Assembly (NCBI GenBank): GCA_024679065.1
Contig: JAGIQG010000019.1
Coordinates: 23,994,001 to 24,058,000 of the forward strand
Direction of reading: 5' to 3'
DNA from: Sphyrna mokarran
Taxonomy: Eukaryota
Length of the DNA stretch: 64,000 nt
Shown here one piece after another: positions 1 to 12,316 of the stretch. A model generated the notes under the pieces. That model was not told the DNA's origin and did no database searches. It saw only the letters and a list, made by a program, of their open reading frames with translations. The translations under genes were made by a program, and so were the position numbers. How positions within the stretch are numbered: the stretch's first letter is position 1; every line of letters begins with the position of its first letter.

Positions 1-231
1 CCACTTTCCCCCCCATGTTTTTATTGGTGGTGGAAGTGGTTCGTCATTGGTGGGTTCCTCTAGTCATGTCAATATTTATGGCATTTTGCATAGCTCGACC
101 ATCCTGCCATTGGGGAACCCATCGCTCAGGGTTACCTTTGGCGTGACTAGAAGATTCTGCTGGCAGGAAGGTCTAGAAAGTCATGGCCATAATAATACAT
201 TGCAATTAAATTACTTTCCTTATGAAAATAC

Positions 232-518
232 TTAGACTATAAGACATAGGAGCAGAATTAGGCCATTCAGCCCATCGAATTTGCTCTGCCACGGCTGATT
301 TTTTTTCTCTCATCCCCATTCTCCTGCCTTTTCCCCATAACTCCTGATCCTCATCAATCAAGAGCTTATCTATCTCTGTCTTAAAGACACTCAATGACCA
401 GGCCTCCATGGCCTTATGCCACAAACATGTTCCACAGCTTCACCACTCTCTGGCTGAAGAAATTTCTCCTCATCTCTGTTTTTAAGGATTGTCCCTTTAG
501 CCTGAGGTTGTGCCCTTG
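232..518 (-). mobile_element. CR1 LINE 3' fragment
   Basis: The minus strand encodes an ORF2 C-terminal remnant (EAWSLSVFKTEIDKLLI), followed by a CR1 3' UTR and a TCTTATG-like tail. Confidence 0.85.
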
Positions 519-1176
519 TTGTTCAATATGTATTTAGTAAGAAGTTGCTAAGGCTTTTTTTCTTAGACCTGACAGGCTTTAACAGGCTTTAGGGGTTAAA
601 ACATAGATCCCTGCACTCATCCACAGATACAGACGCACTTGGCCTTTATTATTCATGTTGTCTTGTGTCAAAGCCACTCTTGGTAAGTGAAGCTTCTCTT
701 AGCCTGGTATTATTGTCTAATTTAAAGTTTGCATCCTTAATGTAATCAGAGCTATTCTAGCCTTGTAAAACTGGCTTCAAATTTCAAAACTACATGTGTC
801 ATGAATCGAAGTAGTTGTCATGACTACCAAAAATGGTATCTATGCATGGAGCCCAGCTGGTACAGGTTTTCTATTTTTTTAATCCTTTGCTACTTATGCC
901 AAGTTGACATATGCTGTGAAGGCTTCCGCGGATAGATTTGTACTTGCTCTGGGGCAGCCCCGTCAGCTAAAAATTGCCCATGTAAACAGAAACTCTTTCA
1001 GGGTAAAACCTGAGTCAGCAGCTGGTGAGCAGTAGGGCTTACCATAGACCGAGAGTTAACAGTGACACACAAGCCCCCAAAGCCCAGACAGGGTGATTCC
1101 ATGATAAGCTTAAAGTTATCGCAGCATGAAACTGAACTTGCAAACTCTCCTGTAAAAGAGTAATCTGATATCAGTT

Positions 1177-2116
1177 ATAGAATCATAGAGGTTTACAGCA
1201 TGGAAACAGATTTTACCATTAAACTAGTCCCAATTGCCTGCATTTGGCCCATATCCCTCTATACCCATCTTACCCATGCAACTGTCTAAATGCTTTTTAA
1301 AAGACAAAATTTTATCCACCTCTACTACTGTCTCTGGCAGCTCGTTCTATAAACTCACCATCCTCTGAGTGAAACAATTGCCCCTCTGGACTCTTCTGTA
1401 TCTCTCCCCTCTCACCTTATACCTAAACCCTCTAGTTTTAGACTCTGCTACTTATCTCATCTATGCGCCTCATTATTTTATAGACCTCTATAAGATCACT
1501 TATAAACCTCCTACGCTCCAGTGAAGAAATGCCCAGACTATCCAGCCTCTCCTTATTACTCAACCCATCAAGTCCCAGTGGCATCCTAGTAAATCTTTTG
1601 TCACTCTTTTTAGTTTAATAATATCCTTTTTATATTAGGATGATATAATAATAATAATAGGATATAGTATAATACTGTACACATATTTCCAAATGTGGCC
1701 TTACTAATACTTTGTACAACTTCAACAAGACATCCAAACTCCTATATTCAGTGTTCCGACCAATGAAAGTAAACATGCCAAATGCCTTCTTCATCATCCT
1801 GTCCATGTGTGATCCCACTTTCAAAGAGTTATGAACCTGTACTCCTACACCTCTTTGTCCCAATGCCCTACCATTAACTGAATAGGTCCTGCACCGATTT
1901 GATCTACCAAAATGTATCACCTCATATTTACCTGAATTAAACTCCATCTACCATTCATCAGTCCAATCCTAGGTAACCTTCTTCACAGTCCACTATACCA
2001 CCAATCTTGGTATCAACTGTAAATTACTGGCCATACCTCCTAAATTCTCATCCAAATCATTAACATAATTAATAACAGTGGATCCAGCACCGATCCCTGA
2101 GGCACACTACTGGTGA
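1177..2116 (-). mobile_element. CR1 LINE, 5'-truncated and degenerate
   Basis: ORF 1630-1947 reads MEFNSGKYEVIHFGRSN...LYKVLVRPHLE. A QGSVL-like RT motif lies near 2080-2100 and a TTCTATGA-type tail at 1177. Confidence 0.9.
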
Positions 2117-2190
2117 TCAAAAAAAAGAGAAAAGGAATGTTTATTTTGTCAAATAGCACAGGACTTGATTATTGGTGGAAAAAAAGGGGC

Positions 2191-2226
2191 ATGTTGAAGT
2201 TTTTCATCTTGCACTCATCGGGACAT
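2191..2226 (-). ncRNA. Degenerate minimal hammerhead ribozyme in a PLE-like remnant (~2150-2365)
   Basis: The minus strand reads ATGTC-CCGATGA-GT-GCAAG-AT-GAAA-AACTTC-AACAT. This is the HHR layout with a U4>C change, a short stem II and an imperfect stem I (ATGT/ACAT). Confidence 0.55.
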
Positions 2227-2534
2227 TACGCAAAAATACTGTTGTAAGGGGAAATCAACAATTCACATTTTATGGGAAGAATGTGCTGATTGGCTGACAA
2301 GTAGACTCTACACTGATTGGTAGAGACATTGCCATGACAAGTGCACAGTTTGACTGACAGTTAAGCACGACCCCCTAGTGTTGCCTGGGAACAAAGAACT
2401 GTCAAGGTTTGCTTGTCTGCTTCCTGCATACCGATAGACCCATCTACTATAAGGTTAATACCAGTAACAGTGGAATGGGTCCATTAAGTGAGCATTCCTG
2501 GCCCACTTTGATAGAATCTTGCAAAAATGTAATT

Positions 2535-3635
2535 GAGTGTGGATGAGGGAAGTTCAGTTGATGTAGTTTATATAGATTTTGGCATTGCCTTTGACAAGAT
2601 CCCATATGGGAGACAAAGTGTCATCCTGACTTTAAACATGGGCTCTATTCTCTTTCCACAGATGCAGTCTGAGCTGATGAATTTTTCCAGCTTTTACTAT
2701 TTTTGTTTCAGATTCCAGCATCTACAATATTTTGCCTTTATCCAAGACTGGTGGTGTGCTTAATAGCAAACAAGGAGACACAGGAAAATATAGGTGGATT
2801 GGTCAGATAGGCAGAGCTATGGCAGATGGCATTTAACCTTGATAAGTGCAAGGTGATACACTTTGGAATAAGTAATATGACAAGGGAGTATTTAATGAAT
2901 AGTAAGACACTAGGAAGTGCACAGGAACGCATGGATCTTGGGGGACTTATTCACAGATCCATGAATGTGATAGAGCAGGTGATAGATAGGATAATTATGA
3001 AGGCATTTGGAACACTTGCTTCTATCAGTCATGGTATGCAGTATAACAGCAAGAAGGTAATGTTGGAATTCTATAGAACGTTGGGCAGTCCACAGCTGGG
3101 GTACTATGTGCAGTTCTGGTCACCGCTCTATAGGAAGGACGTGATCGCACTACAGAGGTAAAGAGGAGGTTCACCATGATGTTGCCTGGGATGAAGCATT
3201 TGAGCTATAAGGAGAGCCGAGATAGACTTGGATTGGTTTCTTTAGAACAGAGAAGGCAAAGGGAGACATTTTTGAGATACATAAGATTATGAGGCATATG
3301 GACAGGATGATTTGGGAAGTAGCTGTTCTCCTTGGTTTGAGGATTCAGTCACAAGGGGGCATAGTTTTAGAGTAAGGAGCAGGAGGTTCAGAGGAGATTT
3401 GAGATTTTTTTCATTCAGCAGGTGGTGGGAATCTGGAATACACTAACTGGGATGTTAATGGAAACTGGGAAACCTTACAACCTTTAAGAAATATTTGGAT
3501 AAGCACTTGAAACATCATAACATTCAAGGATATGTCAAGGACAAGTCTAAAAAATGAGTTTAGCGCAATTTTAGTGGTAATTATCATCAGTGTGGACCTA
3601 ATTGGCCAAACGGCCTTTTCTGCATTATATAACTC
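2535..3635 (+). mobile_element. CR1 LINE RT/C-terminal fragment with an internal deletion and a PLE insert
   Basis: VDVVYIDFGIAFDKIPY at 2533-2610 and MAFNLDKCKVIHFG...YYVQFWSPLYRKD at 2826-3161. Confidence 0.9.
2612..2742 (+). mobile_element. PLE terminal fragment inside the CR1
   Basis: Similar to 25409-25510 and 52593-52799 (tcatcctgact..aaacatgggctct...gtttcagattccagcatc). Confidence 0.65.
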
Positions 3636-3638
3636 AAT

Positions 3639-3760
3639 GGGCAGGATTTTACCTGCACGTCCGCAAAAGATTCATATGATCCCACTATAGGCCAATGGAG
3701 AATGCTGTCTTCTGAGCCTTGCCCCAGAATCAGGGCAGGCGTGCCAGCAAGATGCCGGCT
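3639..3760. mobile_element. Harbinger-type MITE
   Basis: Left end GGGCAGGATTTTACC, degenerate complementary right end, and the internal aggccaatggagaatg motif shared with other copies. Confidence 0.55.
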
Positions 3761-4454
3761 TATGACATAAGAGCTTCAATTGATGGGAGGATGGAAAGGC
3801 AGCCATGGGCATTCCTGCTATTGACTTAATCGAGGTGAAGGTGAGAATGTGGTGGGGACCTCATCTATTACAGGATCAAATAATCTCTCCACCTTCAAAC
3901 TCAAAATACCACTCTAAGTATATGGAATATTATACTGGTGGAAAAATAGATAACAAATGTACTGTCTGAACAACCTAAAGATTAAGTTCAAAGAGAATAG
4001 GTAGAGTTAATAGCTGTAGAGCAGCAAAGAGCAAAAGGAATGCTGACCCACTTTGCTGTCAGTAGTATATTAGACACAGGACACCACGTTGAAGCTGCAG
4101 AGATCTCGGATCCAGGCAATACCTTATCAATGTTAAGTACTGAGACTCGAGGGTAATCCAAGCCTGAAAGTATGGACAAGAGCTGACTTCTTTTGACAGA
4201 AAACTGTGTTATGATGACAGAAAGGAAAATCTCCATCTCCTTCACTTTGAAAAGAGACAGCTCAGAGGGGATTTCATAAAATAGTCAAAGATATAGGAAC
4301 ATTAAATCCAAAGCACTGCTCCAAGCTAAAGCTTCACAGTGGGATCAGGAGGCAAAGGTTCAAACTAGTAAAAGGTAAAAATAGCAGCAACCTTAGGAAA
4401 TGCTTCATTCAAAGAGTACAGAACACATGGGTTGCAGTTTGAGTTGGATATTTT

Positions 4455-4860
4455 TGTATTATTCATGCATGGAATGTGAGGATTGATAGCAAAGCCAACA
4501 GATACTGTAACTCCATAATTCTCCTTGAGGAGACTATGGTGAGCTATATTCTTGACAACCTAATGGTTTACTAGGCCATTTCAGTGAGTAGCCAAAAGCT
4601 AACCACACTCCTGGGGGTCTGGAGTCCAATTTAGGTCAGGTAAGGGTGACAGATTTTTTTCTCTCAAGAATATTAGTGAAGTAGATAGTCTTTAGGAAAA
4701 TCTAACAGTTAAAATGGTCACTGCCACTGGTACATCCCTTTTATCCCAGATTTATTCACTTAACTGAATTTAAATTCCCTTGCTCCATGATGCAATTTGA
4801 ACTCAAAAGATTTAGTTCAATCCTCTGAACTATTTGTCCTCTGAACCACCATGCTACTGT
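4455..4860 (-). mobile_element. Old tRNA-derived SINE with a LINE-like tail
   Basis: Colinear but diverged match to 62282-62633. Confidence 0.6.
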
Positions 4861-4896
4861 TTCCAATAAATTGGAGGCAAAAGCTATGGAGTCCTT

Positions 4897-5207
4897 TAGT
4901 TTAAGTTTAAGTTTATTTATTAGTGTCACAAATAGGCTTACATTAACACTGCAATGAAGTTACTGTGAAAATCCCCAAGTCACAACACTGCGGTGCCTGT
5001 TCAGGTACACTGAGGGAGAATTTAGCATGGCCAATCCATCTAACCAACATGTCTTTCAGACTGTGGGAGGAAACTGTGGGAGCACTTGGAGGAAATCCAT
5101 GAGGAAAACATGCAAATTCCACATAGCCAGTGACCAAAGCTGCGAATCGAACCTGGATCCCTGGCATTGTGAGGCAGAGTGCTAACCACTGAGCCACCAT
5201 ATCACCC
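4897..5207 (-). mobile_element. V-SINE (HE1-like head) with tail type B
   Basis: tRNA head GGTGGCTCAGTGGTTAGCAC...GGTTCGATTC and V-domain. The tail is ATTTTCACAGTAACTTCATTGCAGTGTTAATGTAAGCC...AATAAA(AAACTT)n. Confidence 0.9.
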
Positions 5208-5354
5208 ATGAGATGTTTTAAAAGACTGTGGTTTTTAGAATTGAGGCAAGAGGAGCTTAATAGCCTTCCTGATCTGTTTGTTTTGAGGGCCAGAATTCTC
5301 CAACTTTGCCCGTGGATGGGATTCTCTAATCCCGCTGCAGTGAATTGGGATAAG

Positions 5355-5632
5355 TAAATAAGTTTAATTATTAGTCGCAAGGCTTACGTTAATAGTGCAA
5401 TTAGGCTGCTGTGAAATTCCCCTAATTACCATAGTCCAGTATCTATTCAGGTCAATGCACATAGCCACCGCATCTTTCAGAATTGGGAGGAAACCAGAGC
5501 ACCTGGAGGAAATTCATGCAGTCACAAGAAGAACATGCAAACACCACATAGGCAGTGACCCAAGCCGGAAATTGAACCCAGGTCCCTGGTGTTGTGAGGC
5601 AGCAGTGCAAATCACTGTGCCACCATACTGCC
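5355..5632 (-). mobile_element. V-SINE with tail type B, inserted in a MITE (5287-5680)
   Basis: Head, V-domain and degenerate B tail. The flanks 5287-5348 and 5633-5680 look like two halves of a GGGCCAGAATTCTCC MITE. Confidence 0.8.
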
Positions 5633-6720
5633 AATTCAAACTCTCAGTTCTCGATGGCAGCGGTGACAGGGCAAACAACATCAGAGAGTATTTGTGACCA
5701 GAGGAAGTTGAAAAACTTTAAACATTACCTTCAAATGTTCAAAACACAGTAACAATGAAACCCAAAATGTAGAATTGGTGTAATTAACGCACTTACATTC
5801 AGTTGGCATTTTTTAACTATTGTTTTTATAACATTAACTACACAGGAAAATTTGTGATGAAGAATAAGGGGGAAATTATTTACTTCCAGATAACTTGAGA
5901 CTCCCACTTCTGTGAGAAAATTTCTGTCGTTAATGATGGCTTTTGAGCTACCTGTGAATTCCTGTGTATCAGCACACAAAGGCAACTGAAGCCTCTGTGC
6001 ATTTTTTTCCAGGGCATTTAGAAAATTCTTAAATGAATGAATAGACATTCCCTTCAAACATAGCTGTCAATACCTTAATTTCTTACTTCAGGCAGGCAAA
6101 GTAAAAATCCTTTTCAAATTAACTGTGAAGCACTGCATGAAAGCAAATCAACCGTTCAATATTTTGGTTATAGTTAATGATCAAATGTACATGCTACAAA
6201 TTTAATCACAAAACATAGCCCTGGAGAAATAAATATAGGCTAGAATATTTCCCATGGCCATGCTCATGGTGAATCAGAGGATTTGCTGTTTTGTAACAAT
6301 CGCAGAAAGTGTCTTATGCAGGGAATACCATTGAGCCTTTGGACTTACAGTGACTGAGCAAGTCAAATCCCGTTTTTAATAAATGATATTCTGCAGCTTT
6401 TAGTAGTGCCTTGGGGATATAATTCCACAATTTTGTTCATTATTTTGTGGAAACCCTATGTACGTGCAAGTGCAAGTGAAAAAGACATCTCAGGAAACAG
6501 CAAACACCAGGGGCCAGTTCACGTCCTATCTCACATCCCTCACGGTTGTTCAGTGAGTTTGGGGCATATTATGTTCCATTGATATCATGCTACACCGAAC
6601 ATTGTGGAGATTTTTATGCCACTGTGGAAAATATTGAGTCCACAAAAAACATCGATAGTTAAAACTGAAAACAGATGGAAAATTTGTTTCTCAGGGACTT
6701 CACTGGAACCAAAAATTAAT

Positions 6721-7790
6721 AGGTGAAATTTTACGAGACATTTTTCTCAGCGTCCAGTTGGTGTGAAAACGGGAGAGTGACTGATCCATTTTTATGGGTG
6801 AGTTTTCACACCCAAACACTCAGTCTTTGAAAATGTAGGCTAGCTGGATTGTTTCTAGCTGCTAGAGGCAGTCACGTCAGCGATGAAAAGCATGGGGCGT
6901 GAAATCCTCACCATGAGTGGCAGGTCCCAAACGATGGCCAAGTCACAGCAGGTCACGGTGGAATCCCAGAGGGCCACAGCTGAAGGCCTCAACAGAGTCT
7001 CCAGATTCTGCAGCCCATGGCTGAGAGACTCGAGGGCTTGCAGGATGCCCAGCGGGACAGTGCCGAAACACAGCAGGCTACAGCATCAGCTCTTGAGAAT
7101 GTGGCTCACTCACAGAAGATCATGGTTGAGGGGCTGTAGGACATGGCCCAGTCTCAGAAGGCACTTGCTGCTGCCATTGACAAATGGCCCCCAACTCGAG
7201 GACCATCACAGAGGGCTCAACCACCGTGGCAAGACCAGCTGGCATGGCCAGCTGATGTCAGAACTTCTGGAGCTCACTGCAAAAGCACCGCCATCTCATG
7301 GAGTGAACCAGGGGCTCACAGGAACACTGAGGAAGGAAGAGGGACTCGAGTCCATGCTGGGCCTTCCATCCAAGAGACTGTGACTCTGGCTACACCTTCT
7401 GACTCTCTCTTTCTTGACACCAGGGCATCTCAGGGACAGCAGGACGAAAAGAATGTCATTCAAATGTCCCAGACACCTGGAAACTGACCAAGGCCCTTAA
7501 GGTCCAGGGCCTCTGAAGGACAATTGCCAAGAGCATCAAAGGTCATGGGGTACAGTAGGCAACTGGCCACCTCCATCTCTGATGTACATCCTGTAGAGAC
7601 ACCACGATGTAATGGTAGCCACATAAGGTTAAGAAGTTGTAGCAGCACTAAGATCGGTGAAGGGCAACACTGGGTAGATAGAATATTTTGGCACTTTAAA
7701 GTCTCACAATCACTTATTTTTATGTTATCACTTCTTTAGAAAGCACTATTATTAGCAACAATAAATGCTACTTCACCCCATACCTGTGAC
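6721..7790 (+). mobile_element. Probable Harbinger-like element: terminal region plus a decayed second (Myb/SANT-type) ORF C-terminus
   Basis: TIR-like start AGGTGAAATTTTAC, then a GC-richer frameshifted coiled-coil-like peptide (SQTMAKSQQVTVESQRATAEGL; MAQSQKALAAAI), then an AT-rich end with AATAAA. The assignment is an inference. Confidence 0.45.
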
Positions 7791-8039
7791 TAACTTGCTT
7801 CTAATTAGTTTCTAACAGGAATGTATTTATCCCAACGGCTGGATTTTAAAAATGCATTGGGAAATTCCAGAAGGTAAAGGAATTGTTGCATCTTAAAGGA
7901 AGTGCCGGAGCGAGGCAACTTCTTGCAAGCTATGCCCAGCATACTCTCGAACTTTTACTCTTGTTCTATGCTTTTAAAACTCTACTCTCATTTAATAAAC
8001 TCTCTAACAACGCTCTAATTCAATCTCTACAGCCTAGCT

Positions 8040-8172
8040 ATCACTGTAACATTATGTCCTGCATCGTCTCCTTTCCTTCTCTATGAAGTGTATGCTTTGT
8101 CTGTATGGCACAAGAAATGGTACTTTTCACTGTATAATAACACATGTGACACTTATAAATCAAATCAAATCA
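8040..8172 (+). mobile_element. Rex1/Babar-type LINE 3' UTR and tail
   Basis: Matches the 3' UTR of 55481-55847 and ends in (ATCAA)n. Confidence 0.75.
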
Positions 8173-8719
8173 TATCAAGATCAATCTGATTGGAGTTGCT
8201 GGGTTTTCAGCCTATTTCTGAGTCTAAGCAACATTAGCAAAGAATTTCTTTCTGAAGTTAATCAAGTTAGTGATGTTACGTGTAACTTCTTAACTATGCA
8301 ATCACTCCAAACTTCTTGTGCGCATGTCTGTAGTATTTTATGCAAGTTACAAATGGGAATTATCCATTTCAACCAGATGTCGAGAAACACTGGGTGCTGG
8401 GGATGTCCCAGAACCTTAACTTGATGTAAACAAATTATACGCAAACCAAGAGAAACCAAAGTAATGATACTACATTCTGGAGCACGACTAAACTGAAAGA
8501 AACAACATCATTGAAAGGAACTAGAAACAGAACCTCTTTCTGTTATCAAAATGCAGAAGTTAATTCAGATTTGAACTATTGGTATTACATCAGCAGGCTG
8601 TTTTGCCATCTGTCGCAACATAATTAATTGATTACTTTTTTTGAAAAGGATAAGCACAGGAAAAGGATTGAACAGTAAAATTCCTAAGAATTTCCTGAGT
8701 TACTCGACTTCCAATCAAT

Positions 8720-8848
8720 GAGTGGGATTCTCCGGCCATTCAGGCCCGTGGGATTCTCCTGTCTGGCTGTGGGTGATTTGGCCTAGTACCAAATTCTCCT
8801 TCCTCTCTGGCAGAGGCTGTGGGTCATGAATGGCAGAAAAATTCCCGA
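8720..8848. mobile_element. Harbinger-type MITE
   Basis: Ends GAGTGGGATTCTCC ... GAAAAATTCCCG; same family as 28045-28180. Confidence 0.6.
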
Positions 8849-9029
8849 CTATGGCATCGACCCTTGAAATATTCTCCGATCTGCCAATTATTCAATTCCC
8901 TAGGTTTTATGGCATGTGATTGGTAGCTATTATTAAACCTGATAAATCTAGGCACATCAACAGAGTGACATATTTTATACTGTTGATCCTAAATTACACA
9001 CAAACTGGTAAGAATTGTCAGAAACAGAG

Positions 9030-9372
9030 AGGCTACAAAGGAAGGAGCTATTTCTACTGGTTGGGGAGTGGTGAACTAGAGGGCATAATCTAAAAACTAG
9101 TGCCAGTCCTGGGAGAATTAAAGTTAAAAAACACTTCTCCACACAAAGGGCCATAGAGGTTTGGAATTCTCTTCCACAAATAGGAATAGACACTGAAATC
9201 TATTGTTAATTTTACACCTGAGATTGATGAATTTTTGTTATCCAAAGATAAACGGAATATGGAACAATATATATCGGCACATGGGGTTAAGTCATAGATA
9301 AACCATGATCTGATTGCATGGCACAACAGGATTGAGGGGCTAAGTGTCTACTCTTGTTGCTATGTTCCTATG
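9030..9372 (+). mobile_element. CR1 3' fragment
   Basis: Degenerate LFLLVGE..TRGHNLK..HFSTQRAIEVWNSLP, followed by a TATGTTCC tail. Confidence 0.8.
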
Positions 9373-9727
9373 ATCCTAAAGGTTACTTTCTCTTCAACAA
9401 ATTTATTTCAGAAGTGTTTAATAATTATTAATACACCTTTCAGAGTGTCATTCCGCTGCAGCTGGTATCAACCAAATAATGGGAAAAGGATTTGCCATGT
9501 GTGGTGTACAATAAGCAATCCCTGATATGTTTATCAGTGGGCTCCCAAGTTTCTTATTCAAAGACACATAGTGTCTGGTCAACAGACAAGATACCGGAAA
9601 GTCAGATGCATGCTGAGAGTTCTTCCTGTTAACTCCCTTTCCTCCTCATCCACTGACCCATTCCCCACCATTATTCATATGTGTTTGAGGTCCCTCCTCA
9701 ATCCTAAGGTTTGCATGGATGTCATAC

Positions 9728-10130
9728 TAGTGGTAGCCACTTTCTTCTGGTGGTACTGCAAACACAGAAGATCTGCTGGCCTCTGATTAACCAGCAGTTT
9801 TAGCTAGGCAGGACTTCTGCTTCAGGAGACCTTGCTCCTTGGGGAAAGGCCCAACACTGGCTCGAGTGCTGAAGACATGACAGACCTTCCCATTATGGGT
9901 GAAATGGGTGTGTCGCTGGTTCCCCAGCAGCAGTCAATATCTATATCACTTCCATAAGATTCTTGTGCCACTCAGGCACTTAATAGTCCATCAGCATGCC
10001 TTCCCTTAGGATCAAGGACCATAGGATAGAGATCCTACAAACTGAGAGCTGCCAGTCAATCAGAAGCCAGCTGCTCTTCTATACTCAGTGGTGTCACTGG
10101 AGGCAGTTGCTGCTGTTGGTACTACACCCA
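9728..10130. mobile_element. Old internally palindromic non-autonomous element
   Basis: 9745-9812 and 10034-10103 are diverged inverted copies (GCTGGCCTCTGATTAACCAGCAG versus CTGCCAGTCAATCAGAAGCCAGC). Confidence 0.5.
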
Positions 10131-10194
10131 CCCAAGGCCTCAGATCAAAGAGAGACCAAAGCAGAAGTGTGTAAGATCATCATAGATAGATAAA

Positions 10195-10520
10195 TCATAC
10201 GTATCCTACGTTGCAAAAAGGAGCCATTTGGCCCATCAAGTCTGCACCTATCACAATCCCACCCATATCCCTACATGTTATCCACTAATCTCTCTAACGT
10301 ACACATCTCAGGACACTAATGGCAATTTTAGCTTGGCCAATCAACCTAACCCACACATCTTTGGACTGTGAAAGGAAACCAGAGCACCTGGAGGAAACCC
10401 ACGCAGACAACGGGGAGAATGTGCAAACTCCATGCAGACAGTGACCCAAGCCAGGAATCGAACCCAAGTCCCTGGAGCTCTGAAGCAGCAATGCTAACCA
10501 CTGTGCAACCGTGCCACCCA
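10195..10520 (-). mobile_element. HE1-like V-SINE with a CR1-type tail (type A)
   Basis: Full tRNA head, V-domain and tail GATGGGCCAAATGGCTCC...GATACGTATGA. Confidence 0.9.
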
Positions 10521-10814
10521 CGATTGGGAAAGGGGTTGCAGAGTGCAAGGCCTAAGGGGGGTGGGGGAGACAGGGAATCACAGCAAAGACAGAAGGGTTG
10601 CTTTTAGGGGACACTCTGTTCTTGGTACCTTGATCCGGCACATCCTCCTATGCAAGAGCCCGCGAGCAAACAAGCCAAACTTAGGTTGTCATGCTTTCTG
10701 CATGGTGGGTCTTCTGCATGCCGCTGGGCCAATTGCAATGGCCGGAGTTTAGGCGTCCTTATTTGTTGTGGGCCAGGATTGCAGTTCAGAGGCCTTCGTG
10801 TCATAGACTTAATC

Positions 10815-11232
10815 TACGTGAGATTGACTAAACTAGTGTTGTTTTCCCTGGAAAGATGGAGGTTGAAGGGCAACGTAATAGAAGTTTATAAAATTATGAA
10901 GGGCATAGATAGGGTGAATAGTTGGAAGCATTTTTCTAGGTCAGAAATGACAAACACAGGAATCACAAGTTCAAGGTAAGGGGGGCAAGGTTCAATACGG
11001 ATATACGGGGGACATTTTTTACACAGAGGGTGGTGGGGGCCTGGAATGCACTTCCAAGCAAGGTGGTTGAGGCAGACATACTAGGATCATTTAAGACTAT
11101 TCTAGATAGCCACATGAACAGACTGGGAATAGAGGAATACAGACGGATGGTCTAGTTAGGAACACATGATCGGTGCAGGCTTTGGGGGGTGGGAAGAGGG
11201 GGCCTGTTCCTGTGCCATATTGTTCTTTGTTT
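10815..11232 (+). mobile_element. CR1 3' fragment
   Basis: LVLFSLERWRLKGNVIEVYKIMKGIDRV, followed by a TGTTCTTTG tail. Confidence 0.9.
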
Positions 11233-11559
11233 AATCAGAGTTGTCTGGGGGTAGGGGTGGGAGGGGCACATCACCTCCTGCAATTTTGGTCAATTAAATT
11301 CCCAAAACACCAAACTCACCGTGGAGAGCCTACAAGATTCTGCCCTTCGATATGCTTCAAAATATTTAAAACAGTGATAAAAAAGATTTAAACAATATGA
11401 ACAGAAATCACTTGAAAAGATGTTGCATATATTTTTAATCTAGGTTGACATTGCACCATAAGATTTCTTCACTGATCATTTTTGAACACAGTGTCCAAAA
11501 AAAAACATTTTGTGGATGGTACAAAAAGTACCATAGTTCATTTGGCCTTCAAGGAATCA

Positions 11560-11938
11560 TTGCGTCATTGCTCCTGGTACACAGTGTCACTGTCAAACTT
11601 GCGCAAGTATTAAAAATACTGATTGAGATCAATTCCAGAACACATGAAATATGTTCATTTTGTCCAGCCTTGTGGTAATCTTCAAACTTCTTTTGTGATG
11701 AAAAAATCTGGGCTGCTGGAACTCACAGTGCGTCACAGAGGATGAGGAAATATTTCACAAAAAAGTTTTCGGGAAAGCAGTGGGTGCGGGTGGGTGGGAG
11801 GGAGAAGCTGAAAGTCACCTGACTGTTGCATAAGAGCAGACTATTTTTCAATGGGCGCAAATTAAAACAGGAAGCTGTCCATTGAGAAAGCTGAAGGCAG
11901 CCCCTGCGACAAATTGTTCCTTCTTATCTTCTGTAAGT
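11560..11938 (+). promoter_or_regulatory. Candidate promoter/enhancer ending in a splice donor
   Basis: Unique sequence containing TTGCGCAA, TGTGGT, TGCGTCA twice, GAGGAA, a GT/GC-box run, GTCACCTGAC, TTGCATAA, CAGGAAG and CTTATCT, then CT|GTAAGT at 11932/11933. Confidence 0.35.
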
Positions 11939-12316
11939 GAGGTCACGTTCAACGGAAAAGTTAACAGTCGTTGTAAATGATTGGCAAATCGTTGTTTGAC
12001 ACTGGGGTCAGATTTTTAAAAGAGGAATGAGGCAATTACACAGCATGCTGGAACGCAGGCATGCTGCACCACGGAGTGATTCCCTGTCAGTCGTCCATCT
12101 GAATTGCGTTGCTGCAGGGAGACTGCAACCAAGTTGCTTTTTCACAAGAAGGGAACGGCAAATCAGACAGCCAAGTAGCCTGGAACAGCCGACCACATGC
12201 ATAACTGCAAGAGAATGGGTAGCATAAACTGAAGGAGAACCAACAAAGTGCATAGGAGAGAAAAACCAAGTAAATGCCCAGAAATGGAAAATAAAGCATG
12301 CACAGCAAAAGCAGAG

